Positions 9,435 to 18,690 of a DNA stretch of 64,000 nucleotides are shown in pieces. The position numbers and the translations under genes are program-made. This DNA comes from Acidobacteriota bacterium (GTDB taxonomy: Bacteria; Acidobacteriota; Vicinamibacteria; Vicinamibacterales; UBA2999): the NCBI GenBank assembly GCA_020851325.1, contig JADZCY010000116.1, positions 1,780-65,779 of the forward strand. Reading direction: 5' to 3'. The notes under the pieces were generated by a model. It saw only the letters and a list, made by a program, of their open reading frames with translations, made no database searches and was not told the DNA's origin. The first letter of the stretch is position 1. The number at the start of each line of letters is the position of its first letter.

Positions 9435-10640
9435 GTGCGCACGAGTTTTCTCCCCTACCATCGCCCGTCGATCGGCCGTCACGAGATCGACGCCGTCGTT
9501 GAAACCCTGGAGTCCGGCTGGCTGACCACGGGGCCGCGGACGAAACAGTTCGAGGTGGACTTTGCCCAGGCGGTGGGCGCGCGGCACGCCATTGCGGTGA
9601 ACTCGTGTACCGCGGCGCTGCACCTGGCGCTGGACGCCGTCGGCGTGTCGTCCGGCGATGAGGTCATCGTGCCGACGATGACCTTTGCCGCCACGGCCGA
9701 AGTCGTCACCTACTTCGGTGCGACGCCGGTGCTGGTGGATTGCCAGCGCGATACCTGGAACATCGATCCAGCCGGCATCGAGCGCGCGATGACGCCGCGC
9801 ACGAAAGCCATCATCCCCGTGCACTACGCCGGTCAGCCGTGCGACATGGCCGAGATCATGGCGATCGGCCGGCGTGCCGGCGTCACCGTGATCGAGGACG
9901 CCGCACATGCCCTGCCGGCGTCGTATCGCGGCGAGCCGGTGGGACGCATCGGCGACATCACCTGCTTCTCGTTCTACGCCACCAAGACGCTGTCGACGGG
10001 CGAAGGCGGGATGATCACCACCGAAGACGACCGCGCCACCGAGCGGATGCGGATGATGGCGCTGCACGGCATCAGCAAGGACGCGTGGAAGCGCTACACG
10101 GCCGAAGGATCCTGGTACTACGAGATCCTGCACCCGGGGTTCAAGTACAACCTCACCGACGTCGCCGCGGCGCTCGGCGTGGAGCAACTCAAGCGGCAGG
10201 ACGAGTTCCTGGCCGCGCGCACGGCCATCGCGCGGCTCTACAGCGAGGGCCTGGCCGGCGTGCCCGGGCTCCGCTGCCCGGTGGCGAGGACCGATCGCGG
10301 CCACGCGTGGCACTTGTACGTCGTGGAGGTGGACGAGGCGGAGTTCGGCCTTGGGCGCAACGACTTCATCGAGACGTTGCGGGCCGCCAACATCGGGACG
10401 TCGGTGCACTTCATCCCGCTGCACCTGCATCCCTACTACCGCAATCGATTCGGCTACGCCGGCAGCGACTTCCCCGGCGCGTTCGACGCCTATCAGCGCA
10501 TTGTCTCGCTGCCCATCTACCCGGCGATGTCCGACGAGGACGTCGACGACGTGATCGACGCCGTGCAGGCGGTGTCGGCAAGCGCCCGCGCGCGATCGAC
10601 CGTGGCCGTGCCGGCGACGTCGATCGTCGCCGCCTCGTAG
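9435..10640 (+). CDS. DegT/DnrJ/EryC1/StrS family PLP-dependent sugar aminotransferase (PglE-like)
   Basis: 401 aa. NSCTAALHLAL, IEDAAHAL and FSFYATKTLSTGEGGMI (Lys of the PLP Schiff base) are typical family blocks. Confidence 0.9.
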   Translation: MRTSFLPYHRPSIGRHEIDAVVETLESGWLTTGPRTKQFEVDFAQAVGARHAIAVNSCTAALHLALDAVGVSSGDEVIVPTMTFAATAEVVTYFGATPVLVDCQRDTWNIDPAGIERAMTPRTKAIIPVHYAGQPCDMAEIMAIGRRAGVTVIEDAAHALPASYRGEPVGRIGDITCFSFYATKTLSTGEGGMITTEDDRATERMRMMALHGISKDAWKRYTAEGSWYYEILHPGFKYNLTDVAAALGVEQLKRQDEFLAARTAIARLYSEGLAGVPGLRCPVARTDRGHAWHLYVVEVDEAEFGLGRNDFIETLRAANIGTSVHFIPLHLHPYYRNRFGYAGSDFPGAFDAYQRIVSLPIYPAMSDEDVDDVIDAVQAVSASARARSTVAVPATSIVAAS

Positions 10641-10656
10641 TGTCGCGCCAACAGTC

Positions 10657-11547
10657 ATGATGACGACCCTCACCGCCAAGCGCACGCTGAAGCACACGGC
10701 GGGGCTTGCCAGCGTGCTGCTGCACATGGCCACGCCGGCTGCCGCCGTGCGGCGCGCCTGCGTGCTGCTGTATCACCGCGTGTCGGCAGCGCCGGTCGTC
10801 GAGTCTCGCATCGACGACTGGAACGTCACGCCGGACACGCTGGAACGGCACATTGCCTGGCTGGCCGCGCACGCCGAACTCGTGTTCGCGCGCGATCTTC
10901 CGCGGCGCCTCGCGACGTCGTCGTCATCGACGCGTCCCATCGCCTGTCTCACCTTCGACGATGGGTTCCGGAACTTCCACGACGAGGTCGTGCCGCTGCT
11001 GCGGCGCTACGACGCCAGGGCGACGGTGTTCGTGGTCACCGGCTATGTCGGTCGCCACGCGCCCATGCCGTTCGACCGCTGGGGGCTCAAGCACAAGGAC
11101 GATGCGCCGGCGGCGGCATGGCGGTCGATGGACTGGGCCGAAGTGGAACGTTGTGCGGCGTCGGGTCTGGTCGAGGTGGGTGGACATTCCCACCATCACT
11201 ACGACGCTGCACGCACGCCGCCCGCGGCCCTCGCGGATGAGGCGGCGACGTGTCGCGACTGGCTGGTGAAGAAGCTGGGAGCCGATCATGCCGCGTCCTA
11301 CGCGTTTCCTTATGGGAACACCCGTCTCGGACAGGCCACGCCGGCGTATGTGGCCGCGGTGAAAGCGGCCGGCTACAGCGTCGCCTTCACCACCGATGTC
11401 GGGCTCGCGACGGCGGAGAGCAATCCGTTCACGCTGCCGCGGGTGGAAGTGTTTCGCACGGATTCGCCGGCAGTCATCCGCGCCAAGGTGGGCGGCGCGC
11501 TGGCGCCGTACCACGTGACGGGCCGGCTGCGCGGCATCGGCCGCTGA
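10657..11547 (+). CDS. polysaccharide deacetylase (NodB/CE4 family)
   Basis: LTFDDGFRNFHDEVVPLLRRYDARATVFV (NodB motif 1) and GGHSHHH metal-binding block. The start may be a downstream Met. Confidence 0.8.
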   Translation: MMTTLTAKRTLKHTAGLASVLLHMATPAAAVRRACVLLYHRVSAAPVVESRIDDWNVTPDTLERHIAWLAAHAELVFARDLPRRLATSSSSTRPIACLTFDDGFRNFHDEVVPLLRRYDARATVFVVTGYVGRHAPMPFDRWGLKHKDDAPAAAWRSMDWAEVERCAASGLVEVGGHSHHHYDAARTPPAALADEAATCRDWLVKKLGADHAASYAFPYGNTRLGQATPAYVAAVKAAGYSVAFTTDVGLATAESNPFTLPRVEVFRTDSPAVIRAKVGGALAPYHVTGRLRGIGR

Positions 11548-11559
11548 TTGGGATCACAG

Positions 11560-11862
11560 ATGACGACATTCCGCTCGCAACTGCAGGACGCGGTGTTCGG
11601 CGCCCTCGACGAAGTGAATCAGCACCGCGGTGCGTCGCAGCGGCTGGCGAAAGCGCCGGAGACGGTGCTGTCCGGTGAAGCGCACGCACTCGACTCGCTG
11701 GGCCTCGTCAACTTCGTCGTCGCGCTGGAACAGCGGCTGGACGGCGTGCTCCCCGAGCCGCTCAGCCTGCTCGATGACGAACGCGTGGACCTGTCGTCCG
11801 AACACTTCCGCACGGTCGGCGCCGTGATCGCGTATCTGGAACAGCTGCACCAACATGCGTAG
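11560..11862 (+). CDS. acyl carrier protein-like
   Basis: About 100 aa and acidic. HALDSLGLVNFVVALEQ contains the DSL phosphopantetheine-attachment motif at the usual helix-2 position. Its stop overlaps the start of the next gene. Confidence 0.7.
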   Translation: MTTFRSQLQDAVFGALDEVNQHRGASQRLAKAPETVLSGEAHALDSLGLVNFVVALEQRLDGVLPEPLSLLDDERVDLSSEHFRTVGAVIAYLEQLHQHA

Positions 11863-13519
11863 CACGCCGCTCCGCGCCGTGGTGATCGCGGACTTCACGG
11901 CCGCGAACCTGGCCGCGTGCCTGACGCACGACGAGGCGACGCCGCTGGTCGATGCCGTGGCGATATCGTACGCGTCGCTCGGTGCCGAGCTGCCGTCTGG
12001 TGATGTCGCCGTGGTGTGGACCCGGCCGGAGACGGTGAGCGCGGCATTTGCGAGTCACCTGCGTAGTGGAGACGGCGACACCACCGCGATGTTGCGCGAC
12101 GTGGATGGCTTCATCGAGCTGCTGTCGCGCCTGCGTCCGCGCTTCGCCCATCTGCTGGTCGTGAGCTGGCTGCCGCCGCGGCTGAGCGAGCTGTGGCCGT
12201 CACTGGCAATGCAGCACGACATCGGCATCAGCACGCTGGTGATGCGCATGAACCTCCGTCTGGCGGAAGGCCTGATGGCCGTGCCCGGCGCCGTGCTGCT
12301 GGATGCAGCGCGCTGGCGATCGGTGGACAGGACGGCCGAAGAAGCAAAGCTCTGGTACGCGGCCAAGGTGCCGTTCCATTCGGATGTCTTCCGTCGTGCA
12401 GCGCAGCAGGTGAAGGGCAGCGTGCGCGCGGCGCGTGGTGACTCGCGCAAGGTGATCGTCCTCGACCTCGACGACACCTTGTGGGGCGGTCTCGTCGGCG
12501 AAACCGGCCCGGCGGCACTGCGGCTTGGTGGGCACGACGCCACGGGCGAAGCCTTCGCCGACTTCCAGCGCGCCCTGCTCGCCCTGAAGGAACGCGGCGT
12601 GCTGCTGGCGATTGCCAGCAAGAACGACGAACGGGTGGCGCTCGACGCCATCGAGACACATCCCGAGATGGTGCTGCGCCGCAGTGACTTCGCCGCCTGG
12701 CGCATCGACTGGACCGACAAGGCCGCGAACATCCTGGCGTTGGCGCGCGAACTGAACCTCGGCCTGCAATCGATGGTGTTCATCGACGACAGCGCCATCG
12801 AACGGGCGCGCGTGCGCGAGGCGCTGCCGGACGTGCTGGTCCCCGACTGGCCATCGAGTCCTCTGCTCTACGTCGACGCACTGGTGTCGCTGGGGTGTTT
12901 CGACGCGGTGACGCTGACCGGCGAAGACCGTGCGCGGGCCACGCAGTACGCCGACGAACGCGTGCGCACGGCCGAACGCGAGGCCATGGGCGTCGACGAC
13001 TGGCTGCGGCGGCTCGACCTCCAGATCGATGTCGAGGAACTGCACGATCGCAACGCCCCCCGCGCCGTGCAGCTGCTCAACAAGACGAACCAGATGAACC
13101 TGCGGACGCGCCGGCTCGACCACGCGCAGTTCAACGCCTGGCTGGCGGGCGGACGACGAAAGGCGTGGACATTTCGCGTGCGCGATCGCTTCGGCGACGC
13201 CGGTCTCACCGGCCTCGCCTCGATCGAGATCGACGACGCCACCGCCCGGCTCACCGATTTCGTGTTGAGCTGCCGCGTCTTCGGCCGTCGTATCGAACTC
13301 GCCATGCTCCACACGGTGAGTGAGTGGGCGCGGCGCCAGGGCGCCCGCGAGCTGGTCGCCGACTACGAACCGACCGCGAAGAACGCGCCGACGTTGACGT
13401 TCCTCGAGAGCAGCGGTCTTCGTCAGACCGCGCCGGGGCAGTTCACCTGGAATCTCGACGACGCGTTCGCGGCGCCGGCAGATCTTGTCATCAACGAAGA
13501 GGCCGGCCTCCGCGCATGA
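11855..13519 (+). CDS. FkbH-like HAD-superfamily (subfamily IIIC) phosphatase/acyl-loading enzyme
   Basis: 554 aa. HAD motif I VIVLDLDDTLWGG, LAIASKND, VFIDDS; C-terminal FVLSCRVFGRRIE block with a conserved Cys, as in FkbH-type proteins. Confidence 0.8.
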   Translation: MRSTPLRAVVIADFTAANLAACLTHDEATPLVDAVAISYASLGAELPSGDVAVVWTRPETVSAAFASHLRSGDGDTTAMLRDVDGFIELLSRLRPRFAHLLVVSWLPPRLSELWPSLAMQHDIGISTLVMRMNLRLAEGLMAVPGAVLLDAARWRSVDRTAEEAKLWYAAKVPFHSDVFRRAAQQVKGSVRAARGDSRKVIVLDLDDTLWGGLVGETGPAALRLGGHDATGEAFADFQRALLALKERGVLLAIASKNDERVALDAIETHPEMVLRRSDFAAWRIDWTDKAANILALARELNLGLQSMVFIDDSAIERARVREALPDVLVPDWPSSPLLYVDALVSLGCFDAVTLTGEDRARATQYADERVRTAEREAMGVDDWLRRLDLQIDVEELHDRNAPRAVQLLNKTNQMNLRTRRLDHAQFNAWLAGGRRKAWTFRVRDRFGDAGLTGLASIEIDDATARLTDFVLSCRVFGRRIELAMLHTVSEWARRQGARELVADYEPTAKNAPTLTFLESSGLRQTAPGQFTWNLDDAFAAPADLVINEEAGLRA

Positions 13520-14019
13520 CGAGCCTGCCGTTCTTCACCTCGGGCCTGCAGTTCGATCACATCGGCATGGCCGTGCGGTCCATTCGTGACGCTGCTGGTG
13601 CAGCGGTCGAGATCATCGAGGACCCCGTGCAACGCGTCAGCGTCGCGTTCGTCGACATGGGCGGCGTGCGTGTGGAACTGGTCGAGCCGCTCGGCGCGCA
13701 ATCGCCGGTTTGCCAGAGCCTCGACAAGGGACAGACGCTCCTTCACGTCTGCTTCCGCGTCGCCGATCTCGAGCAGGCCATTGCCGCCGGGCGCCGGCAC
13801 GGCCTGCACCGGCTGACCGCCCCGGTCGCGGCGCCTGCCTTTGCCGGGCGACGAATCGTGTGGCTGTTCAACAAGCAGTTCGGGTTGATCGAACTCGTGG
13901 AGGATGCCGGCGAGCCGCAGCCGCAATCCGATGGTTCCGGTTACGCCGCGGTGCCCGATGCCCCCACCGCGCCAAAGGCGCGGTCCCATGTCCCTGACCG
14001 CCCGCAGGGCGGTAACTGA
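13516..14019 (+). CDS. VOC (glyoxalase/methylmalonyl-CoA epimerase-like) family protein
   Basis: ATGA overlap with the FkbH-like gene. FDHIGMAVRS ... VELVEPLG ... LHVCFRVADL pattern of paired beta-alpha-beta-beta-beta VOC modules. Confidence 0.7.
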   Translation: MTSLPFFTSGLQFDHIGMAVRSIRDAAGAAVEIIEDPVQRVSVAFVDMGGVRVELVEPLGAQSPVCQSLDKGQTLLHVCFRVADLEQAIAAGRRHGLHRLTAPVAAPAFAGRRIVWLFNKQFGLIELVEDAGEPQPQSDGSGYAAVPDAPTAPKARSHVPDRPQGGN

Positions 14020-15119
14020 TGCCGCTCACCATCGTTCCGTATTCGACCGGGCACGAGCCGGCCGTGCGTGCCTTCAACGCGCGCCTGTCGGACGGCGGCG
14101 TGTCGTATCAGTTCCCCACGAGTGCCACCAACGACGGCGTCGGGCGAGCGGTGGTGCATCGCGGCTTCGTGGCGGTGGACGAGGATGCGTCGGTGCGCGG
14201 CGGGTATCTCGTGCAGGAACAGCAGTTCTGGTTGAACGGTGCGATGCGCGCGGTGGGCTACCTGCACCTGCCGCTGTCGGAGGGCCTCGTCGATCCACGC
14301 TACGGCGCACTCGGCGTGAAACTCCTCACGCACGCCGCTCGACGCCAGCCGCTGCTGTTCGGCCTCGGCATCGGCGGTCGCAGTGAGACGTTCGCCCGCC
14401 TGGTGACGGCATTGGGGTGGACGCTGCACGACGTGCCGTTCCTGTTCAGGATCCTTCGACCGGCGCGCGTCGCTCAGGGGTTGTCGGCACTCCGTCGAAC
14501 GAAGGCGCGGCGCGTGGCGCTGACGCTGGCGGCCGGCACCGGCCTCGCCAGCCTGGGCACGCGCGTGCTGCAGACGCGCTGGCCGCGACGAAGCGATGGC
14601 GGTCACCGCTTCGATGCGGTTCACACGTTCGATGGACGTGCAGACGGAGTGTGGGCGCGCGGACGCGGGCCGCATCAGTTCGTGGCGTGCCGCGACGACG
14701 CGGCGCTGACCGAGTTGTATGCCGATGACGCCCGCAACTACCTGCGCTGGACGCTGGAGGTTGACGGACGCGCGGTCGGCTGGGCGGTGGCGCTCGACAC
14801 GCAGATGACCGACCACGCCTACTTCGGCAATCTCCGCCTCGCGACCATCGTCGATCTGTTTGGCGAAGCGGCGCATGCGCAGACACTGGTGGATGAAACC
14901 GTTCGCGCCATCGAACGCCGCGGTCCCGATCTGATCGTCACCAATCAGTCGTCGGGCGTCTGGGTCGCGGCACTGCGTCGGGCCGGCTTTCTTGCCGGTC
15001 CGTCGAACTATCTCTTCGCGGCGTCACCGGCACTCCGGCAGGCCTTGTCGGTGCCGGATGGCGATCTGCGGTTGTTCCACCTGACACGCGGCGACGGCGA
15101 CGGTCCGATTCACCTGTAG
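14019..15119 (+). CDS. GNAT/Fem-like acyltransferase-fold protein (function uncertain)
   Basis: TGATG overlap with the VOC gene. 366 aa with no strong motif visible to me. Its size and position resemble the about 360-aa GNAT-family proteins seen in EPS loci. Confidence 0.45.
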   Translation: MPLTIVPYSTGHEPAVRAFNARLSDGGVSYQFPTSATNDGVGRAVVHRGFVAVDEDASVRGGYLVQEQQFWLNGAMRAVGYLHLPLSEGLVDPRYGALGVKLLTHAARRQPLLFGLGIGGRSETFARLVTALGWTLHDVPFLFRILRPARVAQGLSALRRTKARRVALTLAAGTGLASLGTRVLQTRWPRRSDGGHRFDAVHTFDGRADGVWARGRGPHQFVACRDDAALTELYADDARNYLRWTLEVDGRAVGWAVALDTQMTDHAYFGNLRLATIVDLFGEAAHAQTLVDETVRAIERRGPDLIVTNQSSGVWVAALRRAGFLAGPSNYLFAASPALRQALSVPDGDLRLFHLTRGDGDGPIHL

Positions 15120-15150
15120 TCCGTCACTCCCTCCGAGAGCCAACCCTCCC

Positions 15151-17121
15151 ATGGTTCCAGGACACCTGCTCGAAGACATGCGCGCCGGCCTGATTCGTCT
15201 GGCCGCCGTGGTGCGGACCTACGCCATGCCATGGCGTCGCATCATCGTCGTCTCGACGCACGTGGCAATTCCGATTGCCACCAGCTACGTCGCCTTCTGG
15301 TTGCGCTTCGACGGCGACATCCGCGACGTCGAGTGGGAGCTGTGGCTGCGGACGCTGCCGGCGCTGGTGACGATTCGGGTGATCAGTTTCATCCCGGCGC
15401 GGTTGTACGAAGGGCTGTGGCGCTACACCAGCATCTGGGATCTGCGGAACCTCGTCCTCGGTGTGGTCAGCGGCACGCTCGCCTTCTATGCCGTCATCAA
15501 TCTCTACTTCGGCCTCGTGCAGTACCCGCGGTCGGTGTACGTGCTCGACTCGCTGCTGCTGATTTTCGTGCTGGGCGGACTGCGCCTGCTGCCGCGCGTG
15601 TATCGCGAGATGGCCGGCCGCGGCCGCGGCAAGCGGCTCCTGATCTTCGGCGCCGGTGATGCCGGCGAAATGATCGTCCGCGACATGCTCAAGTACCCGA
15701 ACTACGCGCCGGTCGGGTTCCTCGACGACGACCCGCAGAAGGTCGGCCGGCGCATTCACGGCGTGCGCGTGCTCGGGACGCGGGCCGACCTGCCTCGCAC
15801 CATCGCGCGGTTCCAGCCGGATGAAGTGCTGGTCGCGGTGTCGCGTCGCGAGACGGCGCTGTTCCAGGACCTGGTGCGGGTGCTGCAGCCCTACAAGGTG
15901 CCGATCACCACGGTGCCGGCGCTGCGCCACCTGATCGACGGACAACTGGCGGTCAGCCAGATCCGCGAGGTGTCGATCGAGGACCTGTTGACCCGCGTGC
16001 CGGTCGGCCTCGACGAAACGCGCGTGCGCCGATTGTTCGAAGGCGAATGCGTGATGGTGACCGGCGCTGGCGGCTCGATTGGCTCCGAGTTGTGCCGGCA
16101 GATTGCCGTGTTCCAGCCGCGCTGCCTGATCCTGTTCGAGCGCTACGAGAACAGCCTCTACGCCATCGCCCACGAACTCGCCGATCGCTACCCCGACGTG
16201 ACGTGCGAGTTGATCGTCGGCGACGTCGGCGACGTGCGGCGCCTGGATCAGGTGCTCGGCAGCCTGCGCCCGTCGGTCATCCTGCACGCCGCCGCGCACA
16301 AGCACGTGCCGCTGATGGAGTTCAACTGCTGCGAGGCGGTGAAGAACAACGTCCTCGGCACGCTGCGGCTCGGCCAGGCGGCGCAGCGGCACGGCGTGGC
16401 GCAGTTCGTCATGGTGTCGAGCGACAAGGCGGTGAATCCGTCGAGCGTGATGGGCGCCACCAAGCGCGTCGCCGAACTGGCGCTGCAGTCGCTGGCGCCG
16501 CACGGCCGGACGCGCTTTGCCACCGTCAGGTTCGGCAACGTCCTCGGCAGCAACGGCAGCGTCGTGCCGCGCTTCCTGCAGCAGATCCGCGCCGGCGGCC
16601 CGGTCACCGTAACGCATCCCGACATCCGCCGCTACTTCATGCTCATTGCCGAGGCCGTGCACCTCGTGCTGCACGCGACGGCCATCGGGGACGAGAACGA
16701 CGTCTACGTCCTCGACATGGGCGAGCAGATCCGGCTGGTGGATCTGGCGCAGAACCTGATTCGTCTCGCCGGCTTCATCCCCGATCAGGAGATCCGCATC
16801 GAGATCGTCGGCCTGCGGCCCGGCGAGAAGCTGTACGAGGAGCTCACCTCCGCGGACGAGGAACTGGAACCCTCGTCGGTGGAAAAGGTGAACAAGGTGA
16901 GCCGGCGGGCACCGGTCCCGCGCGACTTCGACACACAGGTGCGCGAACTGATCCGGTTCGCGCGCCGGGCCGATGCCGCCGCCGTCATCGATCAACTCGG
17001 CGTCGTCGTGCCGTCGTTCGAACCGGATCCCGGACTGCGGCGGCGTGTGGCCGCCGAGCCCATCTTCCGGCGCGTTCCGGTACGACCGGCGCCGGCGGCG
17101 CGCCTGGCCACCGCGGGCTGA
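15151..17121 (+). CDS. polysaccharide biosynthesis protein CapD/PglF/WbpM type (membrane UDP-HexNAc 4,6-dehydratase)
   Basis: 656 aa. Four N-terminal TM helices; LIFGAGDAGE and VMVTGAGGSIGSEL Rossmann motifs; SSDKAVNPSSVMGATKRVAE catalytic block. Confidence 0.9.
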   Translation: MVPGHLLEDMRAGLIRLAAVVRTYAMPWRRIIVVSTHVAIPIATSYVAFWLRFDGDIRDVEWELWLRTLPALVTIRVISFIPARLYEGLWRYTSIWDLRNLVLGVVSGTLAFYAVINLYFGLVQYPRSVYVLDSLLLIFVLGGLRLLPRVYREMAGRGRGKRLLIFGAGDAGEMIVRDMLKYPNYAPVGFLDDDPQKVGRRIHGVRVLGTRADLPRTIARFQPDEVLVAVSRRETALFQDLVRVLQPYKVPITTVPALRHLIDGQLAVSQIREVSIEDLLTRVPVGLDETRVRRLFEGECVMVTGAGGSIGSELCRQIAVFQPRCLILFERYENSLYAIAHELADRYPDVTCELIVGDVGDVRRLDQVLGSLRPSVILHAAAHKHVPLMEFNCCEAVKNNVLGTLRLGQAAQRHGVAQFVMVSSDKAVNPSSVMGATKRVAELALQSLAPHGRTRFATVRFGNVLGSNGSVVPRFLQQIRAGGPVTVTHPDIRRYFMLIAEAVHLVLHATAIGDENDVYVLDMGEQIRLVDLAQNLIRLAGFIPDQEIRIEIVGLRPGEKLYEELTSADEELEPSSVEKVNKVSRRAPVPRDFDTQVRELIRFARRADAAAVIDQLGVVVPSFEPDPGLRRRVAAEPIFRRVPVRPAPAARLATAG

Positions 17122-17179
17122 CAGGCGCCGCCACCACTTTCCCCCATTCATTCACGCAGGGCACGCACGAGGACGTCCA

Positions 17180-18682
17180 ATGGCCGACACCGTCAACAGG
17201 CATGGAGAAGACCGATCGCGACAGCGCACGCGAGCGGGAGGACGCAAGGGCGGCGCGGCAGCCGCCTGGTTGATTGGCGCCGCCGTGCTGGCGGCGGCGG
17301 GATGGGTGGCGCTGCGGGGTGGCGGGTCCGCTACGGCCCCGGCGGCCGCCGCCGTCGAGGCGGTGCGATCGCCGACCGGCTGCACGACCGGGCGCACGGT
17401 CTACGCCTCGTCGAATGGAACCGCCGAAGCCGCCGGCACCGCGGCGCAGCCGCTCGATCTGGCGACGGCGCTGTCGAGTCACGGCCCGGCTCGTGGCTGC
17501 GACACCATCCTGCTGCGCGGCGGCACGTATCGCGGCGCCTTCACCAGCACGGTGCAGGGCAGCGACGGCGCCCCGGTGCTGATCCGCCAGGCCCCCGGCG
17601 AACGCGTCACGCTCGACGGCGACGGCTCGAACGAAGCGGTGCTCCAGGTGCGCGGCAACTGGGTGTGGGTGATGGACATCGAGGTCACCAACTCGCATCC
17701 GTCGCGCGAGAGCGCGCAATCCGGCGGCTGGCCGAGCGATCTGCGGCGCGGCACCGGCGTCTTCGCCGGCGGCTCGCACCTCAAGTTCATCAACCTCGTC
17801 GTCCACGACGTCACGCGCGGCTTCGAGATCGGCTCGTCGTCGATCGACACTGAAGTCTACGGGTCAATCGTCTACTACAACGGCTGGACGGGTCCCAACG
17901 GCGCGTCGAACGGGCACGGCATCGACACGCACAACCGCGCCGGCACGCGACGCATCGCCGACAACATCCTGTTCGCGCAGTACAGCCACGGCATCATCGC
18001 CTACTCGTCGGATCAGGACCCGACCAACAACCTGGTGCTCGAGGGCAACGTGCTGTTCAACAACGGCGCGCTCAGCGCCGACCGTTCGGGACGCGACATC
18101 CTGATCGGCGGCGGTTCGGTAGCCCAGCAGCCGGTCCTGCGCGACAACGTCACCTACGGTGCCGCGCCGGTGCTGCTCGGCTTCGGCGCCGGCTGCACGG
18201 GCGGCATCATCGAGGGCAACTACTTCGCCAACGCGTCGATCGACCTGGCGAAGTGCGAGGCCACGGTCACGCGCAACGTCATCGCGCGGCCGGCGCCGGC
18301 GCTGGCCACGGCGCAACCCGCCAACACCTTCCTCACCGAGGGGCCAACCGGCGTGGAAGTGCGCGTGCGTCCAAACCAGTACGAGCCGGGACGCGCCAAC
18401 ATCGTCGTCCTGAACTGGGACAAGCGCGAGGCGGTGGACGTCGATCTCACCAACATCGGCCTCACCACGAGCACGCCGTTCGAGATTCGTGACGCGCAGG
18501 ACTTCTTCGGCGCGCCGCTCGTCACCGGCCAGCGCGGCCCCGGCACCGTGTCGGTGCCCATGACGATGAAGATGACGAGCGTGCCGGTGGGTTACAAGGG
18601 CACGCTGGCGCACACGACGCCCGAATTCTCGACCCTGGTTGTGGTGCCGCTCGCGGCCGGCACCCCGTCATCGACACGGTAA
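17180..18682 (+). CDS. secreted/anchored right-handed parallel beta-helix protein, paralog A
   Basis: Internal ATG 17180 of track ORF 16973..18682. N-terminal anchor AAAWLIGAAVLAAAGWVAL. Blocks GTYRGAF, FINLVVHDV, YYNGW and RDILIGG are shared with 18691..20124 and 27730..31167. Confidence 0.7.
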   Translation: MADTVNRHGEDRSRQRTRAGGRKGGAAAAWLIGAAVLAAAGWVALRGGGSATAPAAAAVEAVRSPTGCTTGRTVYASSNGTAEAAGTAAQPLDLATALSSHGPARGCDTILLRGGTYRGAFTSTVQGSDGAPVLIRQAPGERVTLDGDGSNEAVLQVRGNWVWVMDIEVTNSHPSRESAQSGGWPSDLRRGTGVFAGGSHLKFINLVVHDVTRGFEIGSSSIDTEVYGSIVYYNGWTGPNGASNGHGIDTHNRAGTRRIADNILFAQYSHGIIAYSSDQDPTNNLVLEGNVLFNNGALSADRSGRDILIGGGSVAQQPVLRDNVTYGAAPVLLGFGAGCTGGIIEGNYFANASIDLAKCEATVTRNVIARPAPALATAQPANTFLTEGPTGVEVRVRPNQYEPGRANIVVLNWDKREAVDVDLTNIGLTTSTPFEIRDAQDFFGAPLVTGQRGPGTVSVPMTMKMTSVPVGYKGTLAHTTPEFSTLVVVPLAAGTPSSTR

Positions 18683-18690
18683 GCCATCCC

